From positions 1,815 through 65,814 of the forward strand of contig JAFGGZ010000032.1 in NCBI GenBank assembly GCA_016939415.1: 64,000 nucleotides of DNA. The letters run 5' to 3'. Position 1 is the stretch's first letter. Every line of letters begins with the position of its first letter. Source of the DNA: Candidatus Iainarchaeum sp. (GTDB taxonomy: Archaea > B1Sed10-29 > WALL01). Made by a program: the position numbers and the translations under genes. The notes under the pieces were generated by a model. The model was not told the DNA's origin, made no database searches, and saw nothing but the letters and a program-made list of their open reading frames with translations. Below, in pieces: positions 17,988 to 26,990 of the stretch.

Positions 17988-20102
17988 ATGGACGCGAGCA
18001 TTTTCGGCGTGCAGTCCTTTAACCCCGTTCAGGAAGCGGCTTTTGCCACGCGCTTCATAGAGAACCGCTCCAACCTCGTTGTGGCTACGCCCACTGGCAG
18101 CGGCAAGACGATTGTTGCCATGGCTGCAGCCCTGGATGCGATCCGCAGGGGCAAGAAAGTCGTTTACACCTGTCCGTTGAAGGCTTTGGCCAGCGAGCAG
18201 CATGACACATTCAAGCGCTTGCCCGTGCGTTGCGCGCTGAGCACGGGCGACATGGATAGTTCTGACAAGTGGCTCGAGAAGTACGACCTCATCTCCACGT
18301 CGTATGAGAAGCTGGATTCACTGATGAGGCATAAGGCGCCGTGGATTGCGGATGTCGGCTTGTTGATCGTCGACGAGATCCATCTCCTGGACAGTGATCG
18401 CGGTCCGACTCTTGAGATTGTCGTTACCCGGTTCAAGTACTTGTTCCCGCGCGTTCAAGTGATTGCGTTGAGCGCTACGATCCCTAATGCCGGTGAGATA
18501 GCGAAGTGGCTTGGAGCAGAGTTGGTGTTGATGGATTGGCGGCCCACGCACTTGGCGAAGGGCACGTATGTGGATAAAACGTTGAGGACTACTGATGGCG
18601 TGATCGCCGTGTCTTCCGGGAGGAAGACGCCGGTGCAGCAGCTTGTGGATCGCACGCTCTCGAGGGAGGGTTCTGCTCTCGTGTTCTGTAATTCGCGCCG
18701 CTCTGCCGAGGCGGAGGCTGAGCGGCAGAAGCCTGTTGCTTTGCCTCACGTCGATGAGAAGAGGCTGGTAGTTCTTGCTGACAAGGTGGAGCATGCGCTG
18801 GAGGCTCCCACGCGCCAGTGCCGCAGGCTTGCGGATTGCGTGCGCGGCGGGTCGGCGTTCCACCACAGTGGGTTGGTGGGCAGGCAGCGCGAGCTCGTCG
18901 AGAGCGCGTTCAGGACGGGCTTGCTCCGCGTCATCAGCGCCACCCCAACGCTCGCGATGGGCGTGAACCTTCCTGCTGATGCTGTTATCATGGCTTCGAT
19001 GAAGCGCTACACCGAGCGGGGGTCTGTTGACATACCTGTGCGGGAGTGGCTGCAGTGTGCTGGCCGGGCTGGCCGCCCGCAGTTCGGCCGTGATGGCTTG
19101 GCGGTCATCGTTGCCAAGGACGCGGCTGAGGAGGAGCATTATTGGGAAACGTTCGTGGATACTGCAGCTGAGGATGTTCATTCGCAGTTGGGTTGGGAGC
19201 CGGTGCTCCGCACGCAGGTGCTCGCGAGCGTTGCGCTGGGTATGACCCATTCCCGGGAGCGTTTGCGAGAGTTTTTGTTGCATTCATTCCACGCGTTCCA
19301 GTATGGCGAGATTGCTTCTTTGGAAGCGAAGATCGACACGATCCTTGAGGAGCTGGTTGGCATGGGGTTTGTCGTTTTCTCAGGTAGCAAGCTCCTTCCC
19401 ACCCAGCTCGGGAAGCGGGTTTCCGAGCTGTATCTGGACCCTGTTTCTGCTTACAAGATGGTCCGCGCTTTGCGCGCTGATCTGTCAAGGATGGGTTACC
19501 TGTTTGTTTTAGCTGATACTGAGGAGTTGCGGCCGTACTTCAGGGTTGGTCGTGGGGAGGAGGAGTCGCTGTGGGTGTCGGCGTACGCCGAGGACGGGTT
19601 GGGTGTTTCAGTGGAGTCTGCGGCTTTTGAGGACTATCACTTCCTGGAGAAGTACAAGACCGCCACGCTTTTGCGTGATTGGATTGAGGAGAAGAGCGAG
19701 GATGGCATTCTCGATGATTTTGGGGTGGCGCCCGGGATCCTGCGGGCGAAGCTTCAGAACGCGGATTGGTTGGTGTACTGCGCTGAGGAGTTGTGTAAGC
19801 TTGAGGGCATCAAAAAGTTTGGGGATTTGTCTGTCGTGCGCCGCAGGCTGAAGTATGGCTGCAAGGAAGAGTTGATTCCTCTCGTGGAGCTGAAGCATGT
19901 CGGCCGCGTTCGCGCGCGGCGCTTGTTCGCTAATAACTTGCGCACGCTGCACCAGCTTCGGGACGTTCCCTTCTCTGACTTGTCGCGCATTCTCGGGCCG
20001 AAGGTGGCGGAATCTGTCAAGGCGCAGCTCGGCCAGGAAGTGAGCGCTGTGAATCGCGTTGTTGCGGGGGTTGCGCCGCAGACGAGCCTGAGTGACTTCT
20101 AA
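17988..20102 (+). CDS. hel308: Hel308/Hjm Ski2-like DNA helicase
   Basis: Motifs include Q (FNPVQEAAF), Walker A (TPTGSGKT), DEIH, SAT and HHSGL. The helicase C domain QCAGRAGRPQFG is followed by winged-helix, ratchet and HhH regions. Size is about 700 aa. The ATG-defined ORF opens at 17940; the MDASIFG start at 17988 is preferred. Confidence 0.9.
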   Translation: MDASIFGVQSFNPVQEAAFATRFIENRSNLVVATPTGSGKTIVAMAAALDAIRRGKKVVYTCPLKALASEQHDTFKRLPVRCALSTGDMDSSDKWLEKYDLISTSYEKLDSLMRHKAPWIADVGLLIVDEIHLLDSDRGPTLEIVVTRFKYLFPRVQVIALSATIPNAGEIAKWLGAELVLMDWRPTHLAKGTYVDKTLRTTDGVIAVSSGRKTPVQQLVDRTLSREGSALVFCNSRRSAEAEAERQKPVALPHVDEKRLVVLADKVEHALEAPTRQCRRLADCVRGGSAFHHSGLVGRQRELVESAFRTGLLRVISATPTLAMGVNLPADAVIMASMKRYTERGSVDIPVREWLQCAGRAGRPQFGRDGLAVIVAKDAAEEEHYWETFVDTAAEDVHSQLGWEPVLRTQVLASVALGMTHSRERLREFLLHSFHAFQYGEIASLEAKIDTILEELVGMGFVVFSGSKLLPTQLGKRVSELYLDPVSAYKMVRALRADLSRMGYLFVLADTEELRPYFRVGRGEEESLWVSAYAEDGLGVSVESAAFEDYHFLEKYKTATLLRDWIEEKSEDGILDDFGVAPGILRAKLQNADWLVYCAEELCKLEGIKKFGDLSVVRRRLKYGCKEELIPLVELKHVGRVRARRLFANNLRTLHQLRDVPFSDLSRILGPKVAESVKAQLGQEVSAVNRVVAGVAPQTSLSDF

Positions 20103-20146
20103 TGATTATATACCACCTCGTTCCCTATGTCTTGCAGGTGTGCTTT

Positions 20147-20659
20147 ATGCCGAAAGTGCTTATGGTTGTTGCCCGTGACGGCTTCAGGGACGAGGAGCTT
20201 TTCAAGACGCGTGAGGAATTGGAGGCTGCTGGCCACGAGGTTGTCGTCGCGTCTGATGCAGTCGGTTTGTGCAAAGGCAAGCTCGGCGGCTCTGTTCGTG
20301 CAGAGCTGGCTTTGTGCGATGCTAAGGAGAAGGACTTTGATGCGTTGGTTTTTGTTGGGGGTCCCGGCGCTGCCGGGTTTTTCGATGATGATGTTGCCCA
20401 TGGCTTGGCGAAGGATTTTTTCCGGGCTGAGAAGCCGGTGGCGGCGATATGCATCGCGCCGTGCATTCTCGCTCGTGCGGGTTTGTTGCGCGGTAGGAAC
20501 GCGACCGTGTGGTCTGGCCCTGAGTATGTCCGCATCCTGAAGGAGGAGGGGGCGAAGTATACGGGGAAGGATGTTGAGGTTGCAAGCAACATGATTACTG
20601 CGAGCGGCCCGCATGCCGCGCGGGATTTCGGAAAGGCGGTAGCGAAGAGGTTGGGGTGA
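20147..20659 (+). CDS. DJ-1/PfpI family protein (class I glutamine amidotransferase-like)
   Basis: KVLMVVARDGFRDEE...GHEVVVAS is a DJ-1/PfpI N-terminus. AAICIAPCIL carries the nucleophile-elbow Cys. Length is about 170 aa. Confidence 0.85.
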   Translation: MPKVLMVVARDGFRDEELFKTREELEAAGHEVVVASDAVGLCKGKLGGSVRAELALCDAKEKDFDALVFVGGPGAAGFFDDDVAHGLAKDFFRAEKPVAAICIAPCILARAGLLRGRNATVWSGPEYVRILKEEGAKYTGKDVEVASNMITASGPHAARDFGKAVAKRLG

Positions 20660-20663
20660 TCGG

Positions 20664-21074
20664 ATGGCTGGTCCTGAAGAGGCTTACAGGGAATTGGTTG
20701 CGAAGGAGGCTGGGAAGAAGAAGCCGTCGCGCCCGCAGTTCGGCTGGACGACTTTCGGCATGGTCAAGTTCGGTGATGAGACTTTTTCGCATGACGTGGT
20801 TGTTTCGACTGCTGGAGAGGTTTACGCGCGCCGCACTGATGATTCACACCTTCTTGACAGCAAGGAGCTTGATGCTAGCGTGGATGCGAACACCAGGGTG
20901 GTTGTGTTCGGCACGGGTCAGTACGATGTGGCGAAAGTATCCGGGGATGCGAAGACGTGGGCGCGGAAGAACAAGATCGAGGTTGTTGCCTTGCCGACGC
21001 CGCAGGCTATTGAGGATTACAACAAGCGCAAGAAGAAGGATCAGGTCACTGCAATCATTCACGTAACGTGTTGA
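20664..21074 (+). CDS. Mth938-like (DUF498/NDUFAF3-like) domain protein
   Basis: 136 aa. VVVFGTGQYDVAKVSGDAKTWARKNKIEVVALPTPQAIEDYN fits the Mth938 pattern of a Gly-rich loop followed by GIxVEVMxTxxAxxTYN. Confidence 0.5.
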   Translation: MAGPEEAYRELVAKEAGKKKPSRPQFGWTTFGMVKFGDETFSHDVVVSTAGEVYARRTDDSHLLDSKELDASVDANTRVVVFGTGQYDVAKVSGDAKTWARKNKIEVVALPTPQAIEDYNKRKKKDQVTAIIHVTC

Positions 21075-21132
21075 GCAGCGCTTTCTGCGGGCACTTGCTT
21101 AGTTTTAATAGCCCCGCCTCCATAATTTATGC

Positions 21133-24100
21133 GTGCCACCCAAGATCGTGATTGAAGCGGAGAGAGCGTATTCGAAGCTGCGCGGGAGAAAGACGTTCCC
21201 GGCGCTGCACGCAGCCATGGGTCTTGGGTCGAAGAAGGAGAAGGTGGCGCTTCTCTTAAGTATGCAGACCCACGCCCCTGACTTGTATGCGGCGGTGGGC
21301 GGGAAAACCCTTCGCTTCGGCTTGGAGCGCGGCATGTCTGTGGCCCGAATCGGGGAATTGTTCGGCTATCATGGATTGGCCGGGGCGAGTCTCAGGCACG
21401 TGCACATCATCGCCCAGAAGCGGATGGCGGGGATCGTGGCAGGAGACGCGGGGCTCATCAAGCTTGTGAGGGGCACTCAGGAGGGGCTCTTGAAGTATTC
21501 TCTTCTCCCGGAAGCCGAGTTCACGAAAGACGTCAACAGGGTTGTGTCGGACCAGCTCAAGGATCAGTCGCTTTCCTTGGCCAATGTCGCTGGGGCGCTT
21601 GGTTTTTCTCTCTCAATGCGGAAGGGCAGGCGCCCCAAGGTGCCGGCGAAAGCATCCGGGCGAATCCTGGGTGCTCTGTATCCCGCGGTTCGGCAGAGGG
21701 TTCACGATTCATTGTCGCGGGACGTGGTTGCGTATGCTTCTTTTTTCGGCAAGGAAGCCAAGAATCAGTTGGTGGTTTCTGTTGTCCGCAAGTTGCTTGA
21801 TGAGAACAGGCTGTCTTTGAGGAGCGTCGCTGCTGAGTTGGGTTATCGTTCTGGCGCGCGTGGCGGGCAGCAGATTGCTTCCACGCATGTGCGCGGCGTT
21901 GTCCTCCAGGCGCTCGGTGAAGAGGATCCCGGGTTTCTCGGCGAGATAAAGAAACAGAGGAACAGGAGTTACGATGATTTCCTGGAGTTTTTCGGGAGCG
22001 AGCCAGCCCAGGAACTGCTTGTGGGGTATGTCGTCGCTGGCTTGAAGCAAAGCAAGCGTTTTGATATAGACAGTGCTTTGCGTCGTTTTGGTGTGGGGGA
22101 GGTTTCTCGGGGGAGGATGCAGTCGATCAAGAGGTACGTGCGGAGGTTCGACAAGAAGTATGGTTCTGATGTGTTCGGCATGATGAAGCAGGCTGCCGAG
22201 AATTCGCATCGGTTCTATTCCAAGATGTACGGCAGCGATGCCTTGCGGAACGCTATCAAGGCTGATGTGTGGGGAGCTGTTCAAGGTCGTCGCGAATTCA
22301 GCATCAGAAAGATTGCCGATAAGTGGGGTTATGGCGGGAGTGTGTGCGCACGGTTTCTGCAGCCGCTCTTGGAACGGGATGCCGGTTTGAAGGGTGTGTA
22401 CGAGGGGCGGCTCAGGAAAGAGATAACCGCGCTCTTTGCGGGGGAGCGCAACCCGTCCATGCGCGAGGTTCTTGAAGCAGTCGGGTTGAATCCTGATGGC
22501 GGGGAGTACGTCCGTTCTGTTGTCAGCGGTGATGAGGCTTTATTGGCGAGGGTTGCCGGCAGGAAGCACGATCCAAAGTCGTACACGGATTTCTTCGGTG
22601 AGGGCAGGGTTCACGAATTCATCGCTGGCAGGCTACGTGCGTTAGTTGCTTCCGGCAGGGTGATCACTCCTACTGCTGTTGGTCGGGCTATCGGTCGGAG
22701 GGATCCGAGTTCTCCGCTGGTTTCCCAGCAGCTGCGCCGCGCGCTCGCTCACCAGCCGGATGTCGAGAGGATGTTCAGGGAGAGGCTCATGCAGCAGGGG
22801 GTCAGGGATTTCGCCAGGTTTTACGGCGATGCGGGTGTGGAGCAACTCATTGTAGCGCGGGCGGATGCTTTGAGCAAGGATTTGCGGTTGACTATGGAGG
22901 ATCTTGCTCATGATCTCGGTTACGCTCTTCACGGGGGGAGGTACGTCCCGAAGTCGATCCGCACCACGATACTCCGCGCGCTTGAGAAAGCGGGGAGGGA
23001 TGATTTGTTGCGTGGCGTTGCCGGAAGTGGGTTGGGTGCTGGGGAGCTGTTGGACAGGTACGTGAGCGACATTCAGAACACTGGCTGGGTCAGGCCGAAG
23101 ACAAAGGAGCAGATCGCCAGGAGCTATCCGGGAGGCTTCCCCGAATTCGTGGAGAAAGAGGTTTTCGAGCATGGCGAGCGGTTCCCTCCGCACACGATCC
23201 AGTGCATCCTGAGGGGTTTTTTCGCTGATCTCAAAAAGAATCCCGACCGCTATGCTGAGTACATCAAGAGGTTTTCTGGTGGGGAGGAGTCCCTCGCCCG
23301 CCTTCAGCACGCCTTCAGTGATTTCATTTGTTCGGGCGTGGCTTCGCACGAGGTCGTGAAGATACTGGGTGGGATGGTGAAGAACGGCGAGGTCGATGGT
23401 TACAGCGATGTTAAGCAGTTCAAGCGCGCGATCGATTTCTGCACTGGTCACAACATGTTCACGAAGGCGTTGCTTCACGAAACAGGGTATGTACCTAGGA
23501 CCCTGGCGTTGGATCATAATCCCCATATGCTTGAGAGGGGGATGAAGGACGAGCGGGTCGAGAACCGATTGGCTGATGTCGAGGAGTTGAGTGGTTTGAG
23601 TCCGGAGAATGACTTGGCGTCAATCGGCTTCGGGTTGGAGCACTTGGTTGACAGGAAGCGCCTGATGGAGAATGCCCATCGTTCTCTGAAGCGCGGCGGG
23701 GTGTTTGTTGCTTATGGTTCCGAGCCGTTTTCCGAGCAGTTTGTTGACGGTGCTCGTGAGATGGGTTTCAGGATTTTGAAGACGGGGATGATACGCACCC
23801 GTCTCAATTGGGAAAGCTCCCGCAACGTGAGCAGCGTTTTCGATCCTGACACCGCGAAACGCATAAAGCAGAGGTTTGTGAAGCGGGCGCATTTGCTGAT
23901 CCCCCAGAAGGTCACTGACGCGCCCAAGCCTTCTGGAGAGCGTTTCCTGCTTACTCATTACCCGCAGGAACCTGCTACAAGGCGTCCGCCGCCCTCGCCA
24001 GCCATGCAAATCCTGCCGGGTGATGTCCGCGACCTGGACATGAAAACGACGTCGGTACTTAAGGAAGTGTCTCCTGTTTCTCGTCGTGGGGATGTGGAGC

Positions 24101-24498
24101 ACGTGCGGGAGGTTCTCAGGATGGTGATACGGATGAGCGAGGCGGGCGTGTGGTACAAGGGCGAGCAGGTGAACGAGCTCATCTCGAGAATCCCCAGCGA
24201 CTGCGTGCATGAGTTCACCGGCCTTATCGGCAGGTGGAGGAGCGTGGAGGAGCGGCGCTACGGTGTGAGTCCTGCGCTGGTTGCGGCGCTCGCTGGCGTG
24301 GGGGTCGATCCGCATGTCTTCACCAGAGGGGTTAGGGAGGCGCTGAGGGAGAGCGAGACCATGACCGAGGACGGGTTCCTGGGTGCTGTTGCCGAGCGGA
24401 CGGGCGTGCGCGACAGGGATGTCTTGCTGAGGGCGTTAAGGGCCAGCGGCTACTCGCGCAGTTATTATGCCCGGGCGAAGCGGAAGTACGGGTTTTAG
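21133..24498 (+). CDS. large hypothetical protein (1121 aa) with ~7 sigma-region-4/HTH_10-like helix-turn-helix repeats and a degenerate SAM-methyltransferase-like core
   Basis: HTH-like units recur: MSVARIGELFGYHG, SLANVAGALGFS, SLRSVAAELGYRSG...VRGVV, SIRKIADKWGYGGS, SMREVLEAVGLNPDGG, TPTAVGRAIGRRDP and TMEDLAHDLGYALHGG...IRTTILRAL. Near aa 740–860, LALDHNPHMLERG...DLASIGFGLEHLVDRKRLMENAHRSLKRGGVFVAYG resembles class I methyltransferase motifs I through post-II (compare LKPGG), but no clean GxGxG is present. Confidence 0.5.
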   Translation: MPPKIVIEAERAYSKLRGRKTFPALHAAMGLGSKKEKVALLLSMQTHAPDLYAAVGGKTLRFGLERGMSVARIGELFGYHGLAGASLRHVHIIAQKRMAGIVAGDAGLIKLVRGTQEGLLKYSLLPEAEFTKDVNRVVSDQLKDQSLSLANVAGALGFSLSMRKGRRPKVPAKASGRILGALYPAVRQRVHDSLSRDVVAYASFFGKEAKNQLVVSVVRKLLDENRLSLRSVAAELGYRSGARGGQQIASTHVRGVVLQALGEEDPGFLGEIKKQRNRSYDDFLEFFGSEPAQELLVGYVVAGLKQSKRFDIDSALRRFGVGEVSRGRMQSIKRYVRRFDKKYGSDVFGMMKQAAENSHRFYSKMYGSDALRNAIKADVWGAVQGRREFSIRKIADKWGYGGSVCARFLQPLLERDAGLKGVYEGRLRKEITALFAGERNPSMREVLEAVGLNPDGGEYVRSVVSGDEALLARVAGRKHDPKSYTDFFGEGRVHEFIAGRLRALVASGRVITPTAVGRAIGRRDPSSPLVSQQLRRALAHQPDVERMFRERLMQQGVRDFARFYGDAGVEQLIVARADALSKDLRLTMEDLAHDLGYALHGGRYVPKSIRTTILRALEKAGRDDLLRGVAGSGLGAGELLDRYVSDIQNTGWVRPKTKEQIARSYPGGFPEFVEKEVFEHGERFPPHTIQCILRGFFADLKKNPDRYAEYIKRFSGGEESLARLQHAFSDFICSGVASHEVVKILGGMVKNGEVDGYSDVKQFKRAIDFCTGHNMFTKALLHETGYVPRTLALDHNPHMLERGMKDERVENRLADVEELSGLSPENDLASIGFGLEHLVDRKRLMENAHRSLKRGGVFVAYGSEPFSEQFVDGAREMGFRILKTGMIRTRLNWESSRNVSSVFDPDTAKRIKQRFVKRAHLLIPQKVTDAPKPSGERFLLTHYPQEPATRRPPPSPAMQILPGDVRDLDMKTTSVLKEVSPVSRRGDVEHVREVLRMVIRMSEAGVWYKGEQVNELISRIPSDCVHEFTGLIGRWRSVEERRYGVSPALVAALAGVGVDPHVFTRGVREALRESETMTEDGFLGAVAERTGVRDRDVLLRALRASGYSRSYYARAKRKYGF

Positions 24499-24501
24499 TG
24501 T

Positions 24502-25701
24502 TCACTCAGCGAACCGCTTCTGGACTGCTGACAGGACTTTTTCCGCTGGGAACGATAGTCTGATCAGCCGAGTCTGCCCGCGGATGCCCTTGCCGGACAG
24601 TTCTGTTGTTATGAGTCCCAGCATCTCGAGTTCGTTCAGGTACTCCCTCACCCAGCGGGCGCTGCGCGCGTTCCTGTGCCATTGCTTGCAGACGGTCTGG
24701 TAGCGCTGGTACACTTCCCCGCTGAATAGTGCGGGGTCGTTGCCCCCTCCGCCGAGCCGCTGGTATTTGCCGCCTTCTTCTGTGAGCGTTGCGACCGAGA
24801 ACAGGACAATGCTCTGCTGGTCAGGGAGTGTTTGTATGAGTTCCAGCACGATGTCTTCTTCGACTGCGTTCCTTGCGTTCTTGACGTCCTCGTCCGTGAC
24901 TCTCTTGTTCTGTTCGTCGGCTATCTCTCCCGCTTTCAGCAATAGTTTCAGCGCGTACCTGGCGTCCCCGCTTTCCTGTGCTGCGTAGGCGCTGGCCAGC
25001 GCTATCGCGGAGTCTTCCACATACCCTTCCTTGAAGCCTTCGACTGTGCGCTCCTTGAGTATGGCTTGCAGTTGCTCTGCGTTGTAGGGTGCGAACACCA
25101 TTTCTTCCTGGCAGAGCGTGCTCTTGCTGCGCGGGTCGAGTTTTTCCTTGAAGTCAATCTTGTTGGATATTCCTATGAGCGCTATGTGTCCTTGCAGGAG
25201 GTCGTCGTTGCTGCGGGTGAGGGAGTACATCAGCTCGTCCAGGTCTTTTGTCTTGTCTATCTCGTCCAGGACGACTATGAATGTCACTGCCTTCTTCGCT
25301 ACTTCTTTCAGCAGTCTTTCGTAGAGGAATGTCGCGGGGTGGCCCATGAACGATTCTTCTGGGCAGAGGCGTTCCGCGCACTTGAGCAGGACTTGGTACT
25401 TCGTGTTGTGGATGCGGCAGTTGATGTACACCTGTTCCACCGGCGCTTCGTATTTTTGCGCTGCTTCCCCCAGCCTGGAGAGCACGTGTTTGGTGGATGA
25501 GGTCTTTCCCGTGCCAGTCTTTCCGTAGACGAATATGTTGTTAGGCCTTTTTTGCGAGAGGGATGGCGCTATCGCTTTCATTATCCGGGTTATCTCCCCG
25601 TCCCTGTACGGCAGGTGGTCGGGTATGTAGTGGGGGGATAGGACGTTCCTGTCCTTGAATATGGTCGGCCTGCTCATCTCTTGCTCGAAAATATCTTGCA
25701 T
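24502..25701 (-). CDS. cdc6: Orc1/Cdc6 replication initiator (AAA+ plus C-terminal winged helix)
   Basis: Start set at MQDIFEQEMSRPTIFKDRNVLSPHYIPDHLPYRDGE, a typical Cdc6 N-terminus. Walker A is VYGKTGTGKT. Walker B is VLDEIDK, with sensor motifs and a C-terminal wHTH. The ORF track extends the frame to 25887 with atypical N-terminal residues. Confidence 0.9.
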   Translation of the reverse strand: MQDIFEQEMSRPTIFKDRNVLSPHYIPDHLPYRDGEITRIMKAIAPSLSQKRPNNIFVYGKTGTGKTSSTKHVLSRLGEAAQKYEAPVEQVYINCRIHNTKYQVLLKCAERLCPEESFMGHPATFLYERLLKEVAKKAVTFIVVLDEIDKTKDLDELMYSLTRSNDDLLQGHIALIGISNKIDFKEKLDPRSKSTLCQEEMVFAPYNAEQLQAILKERTVEGFKEGYVEDSAIALASAYAAQESGDARYALKLLLKAGEIADEQNKRVTDEDVKNARNAVEEDIVLELIQTLPDQQSIVLFSVATLTEEGGKYQRLGGGGNDPALFSGEVYQRYQTVCKQWHRNARSARWVREYLNELEMLGLITTELSGKGIRGQTRLIRLSFPAEKVLSAVQKRFAE

Positions 25702-25807
25702 GAATCCACCGCAAGGGTTTAATAAAAGTACTCTCATAAGTATGGGTGCTGTTAGACTTCTACTATTGATGACAATGGTACTTAAAATATGTTGAGGAGG
25801 ACAAAGC

Positions 25808-26176
25808 ATGGTAGGGTTTTTGAAGAACATCTCTAAGCGCTTGGGAAGCACTTCAGAGGAAGCGGATGTCGATGAATACTTGGACACACTAGGGCTCGAG
25901 TCTGATTTCCTTCAGGAGGAAGCAGACGTTTGGGTGAAGCCTTACGTGCTGCAGGATGTCTCTGATGATTCAGCGATCATCGCCGACTTGCACGCTGGTA
26001 ACGTGGTGCTGATAAACATTGAGCCGCTGTACAAGCGGAACACCATCAAGCTGAAGCAAGTCATAAGCGAGCTCAAGAGCGCCGTGAAGAAGCTCGACGG
26101 CGACATGGTGCGCCTTACGGAGTACAAGATCCTTGTTACGCCGAAGGGCATGAAGGTCGCTAAGTCGAGAAAGTGA
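25808..26176 (+). CDS. sepF: archaeal SepF (FtsZ membrane anchor, DUF552)
   Basis: 122 aa. The N-terminal amphipathic helix is MVGFLKNISKRL. The DUF552 core is KPYVLQDVSDDSAIIADLHAGNVVLINIEPLYKRNTIKLKQVISELKSAVKKLDGDMVRLTEYKILVTPKGMKV. Confidence 0.7.
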   Translation: MVGFLKNISKRLGSTSEEADVDEYLDTLGLESDFLQEEADVWVKPYVLQDVSDDSAIIADLHAGNVVLINIEPLYKRNTIKLKQVISELKSAVKKLDGDMVRLTEYKILVTPKGMKVAKSRK

Positions 26177-26183
26177 ATGACGC

Positions 26184-26954
26184 ATGCTCTTGGACGCGCC
26201 CGCTTTGAGGCTGCAGGTCGATACGAACACTGCTCTCGGTATTCTCGAGGGCATCCTCAAGGAGCGGCACTGGAAGCAGTTCAATGTGTCCAGTGCCACC
26301 CTTGTATACACGCCTTTCTGGTTCTTCAACTTTGACGTGTACGAGGAGGCTGAGGGTCGCGCTCAGACATACTCCTCTCAGATGTGCATGAATGGTTTAA
26401 CTGGTGCGCTGGAGCCTGTCTTCATAGAGATTATGAAGGAGATACCGACTGTTGAAGAGAAGGAGATAACTCACAGCATCCAGAACGAGATCAAGCGGCT
26501 CGTTATCCAGAAGGATGAGGTGAAGTCCCTCGCTCAGATAAAGATCGCTGGCCAGATGGGCGTTCAGAAGGACATCATTACTGTGAGCGGCGTTCGCCTG
26601 GTTTACATGCCCCTCTGGGTTTTTTGGGTCGAGGTCGGCCGCAGGACGAAACGCATCGACATGGATGCGATCAGCGGGTCGCCGCTGAACATCCAGGATG
26701 TCCCCACGCGGGAACGCGGCACAATGGAAGTCACCATGGACATGCTCGAAGACTTGAAGCGGCCTGAGAACTGGGTTGACTATTCGAAGCGCGCTTTTGA
26801 CTGGAGCTTGGGTATCGCCGGGCTTGCCGGCCGCGCCGCAGGCTCTGGGGGCGGAGGCGTGATCAACTGGGTCATGACCACGACGATGGGTAAGTACGCA
26901 GCGCTCCTCGTCTTTGCTGCCATACTCGTGATTTACATCTTATCCTTCAAGTGA
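26184..26954 (+). CDS. hypothetical membrane-anchored protein with an internal duplication
   Basis: 256 aa. Two related segments are present: ATLVYTPFWFFNFDVYEEAEGR... and VRLVYMPLWVFWVEVGRRTKRIDMD.... A Gly-rich linker leads to a C-terminal TM helix, YAALLVFAAILVIYILSF. The gene lies 8 nt downstream of sepF. Confidence 0.4.
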   Translation: MLLDAPALRLQVDTNTALGILEGILKERHWKQFNVSSATLVYTPFWFFNFDVYEEAEGRAQTYSSQMCMNGLTGALEPVFIEIMKEIPTVEEKEITHSIQNEIKRLVIQKDEVKSLAQIKIAGQMGVQKDIITVSGVRLVYMPLWVFWVEVGRRTKRIDMDAISGSPLNIQDVPTRERGTMEVTMDMLEDLKRPENWVDYSKRAFDWSLGIAGLAGRAAGSGGGGVINWVMTTTMGKYAALLVFAAILVIYILSFK

Positions 26955-26990
26955 GCTTCGTATTGGGATAGAACCGGATCTGCGTCCGGG

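Noticed and set aside
18318-19283. 321-aa minus-strand ORF inside hel308
   Set aside because: It is antisense to a strongly supported helicase gene. Its Arg/Pro/His-rich composition is typical of GC-rich antisense frames.
25702-25807. A definite oriC call upstream of orc1/cdc6
   Set aside because: The spacer is short at about 105 nt, and no repeated ORB-like elements could be identified. It is retained only as a low-confidence finding.
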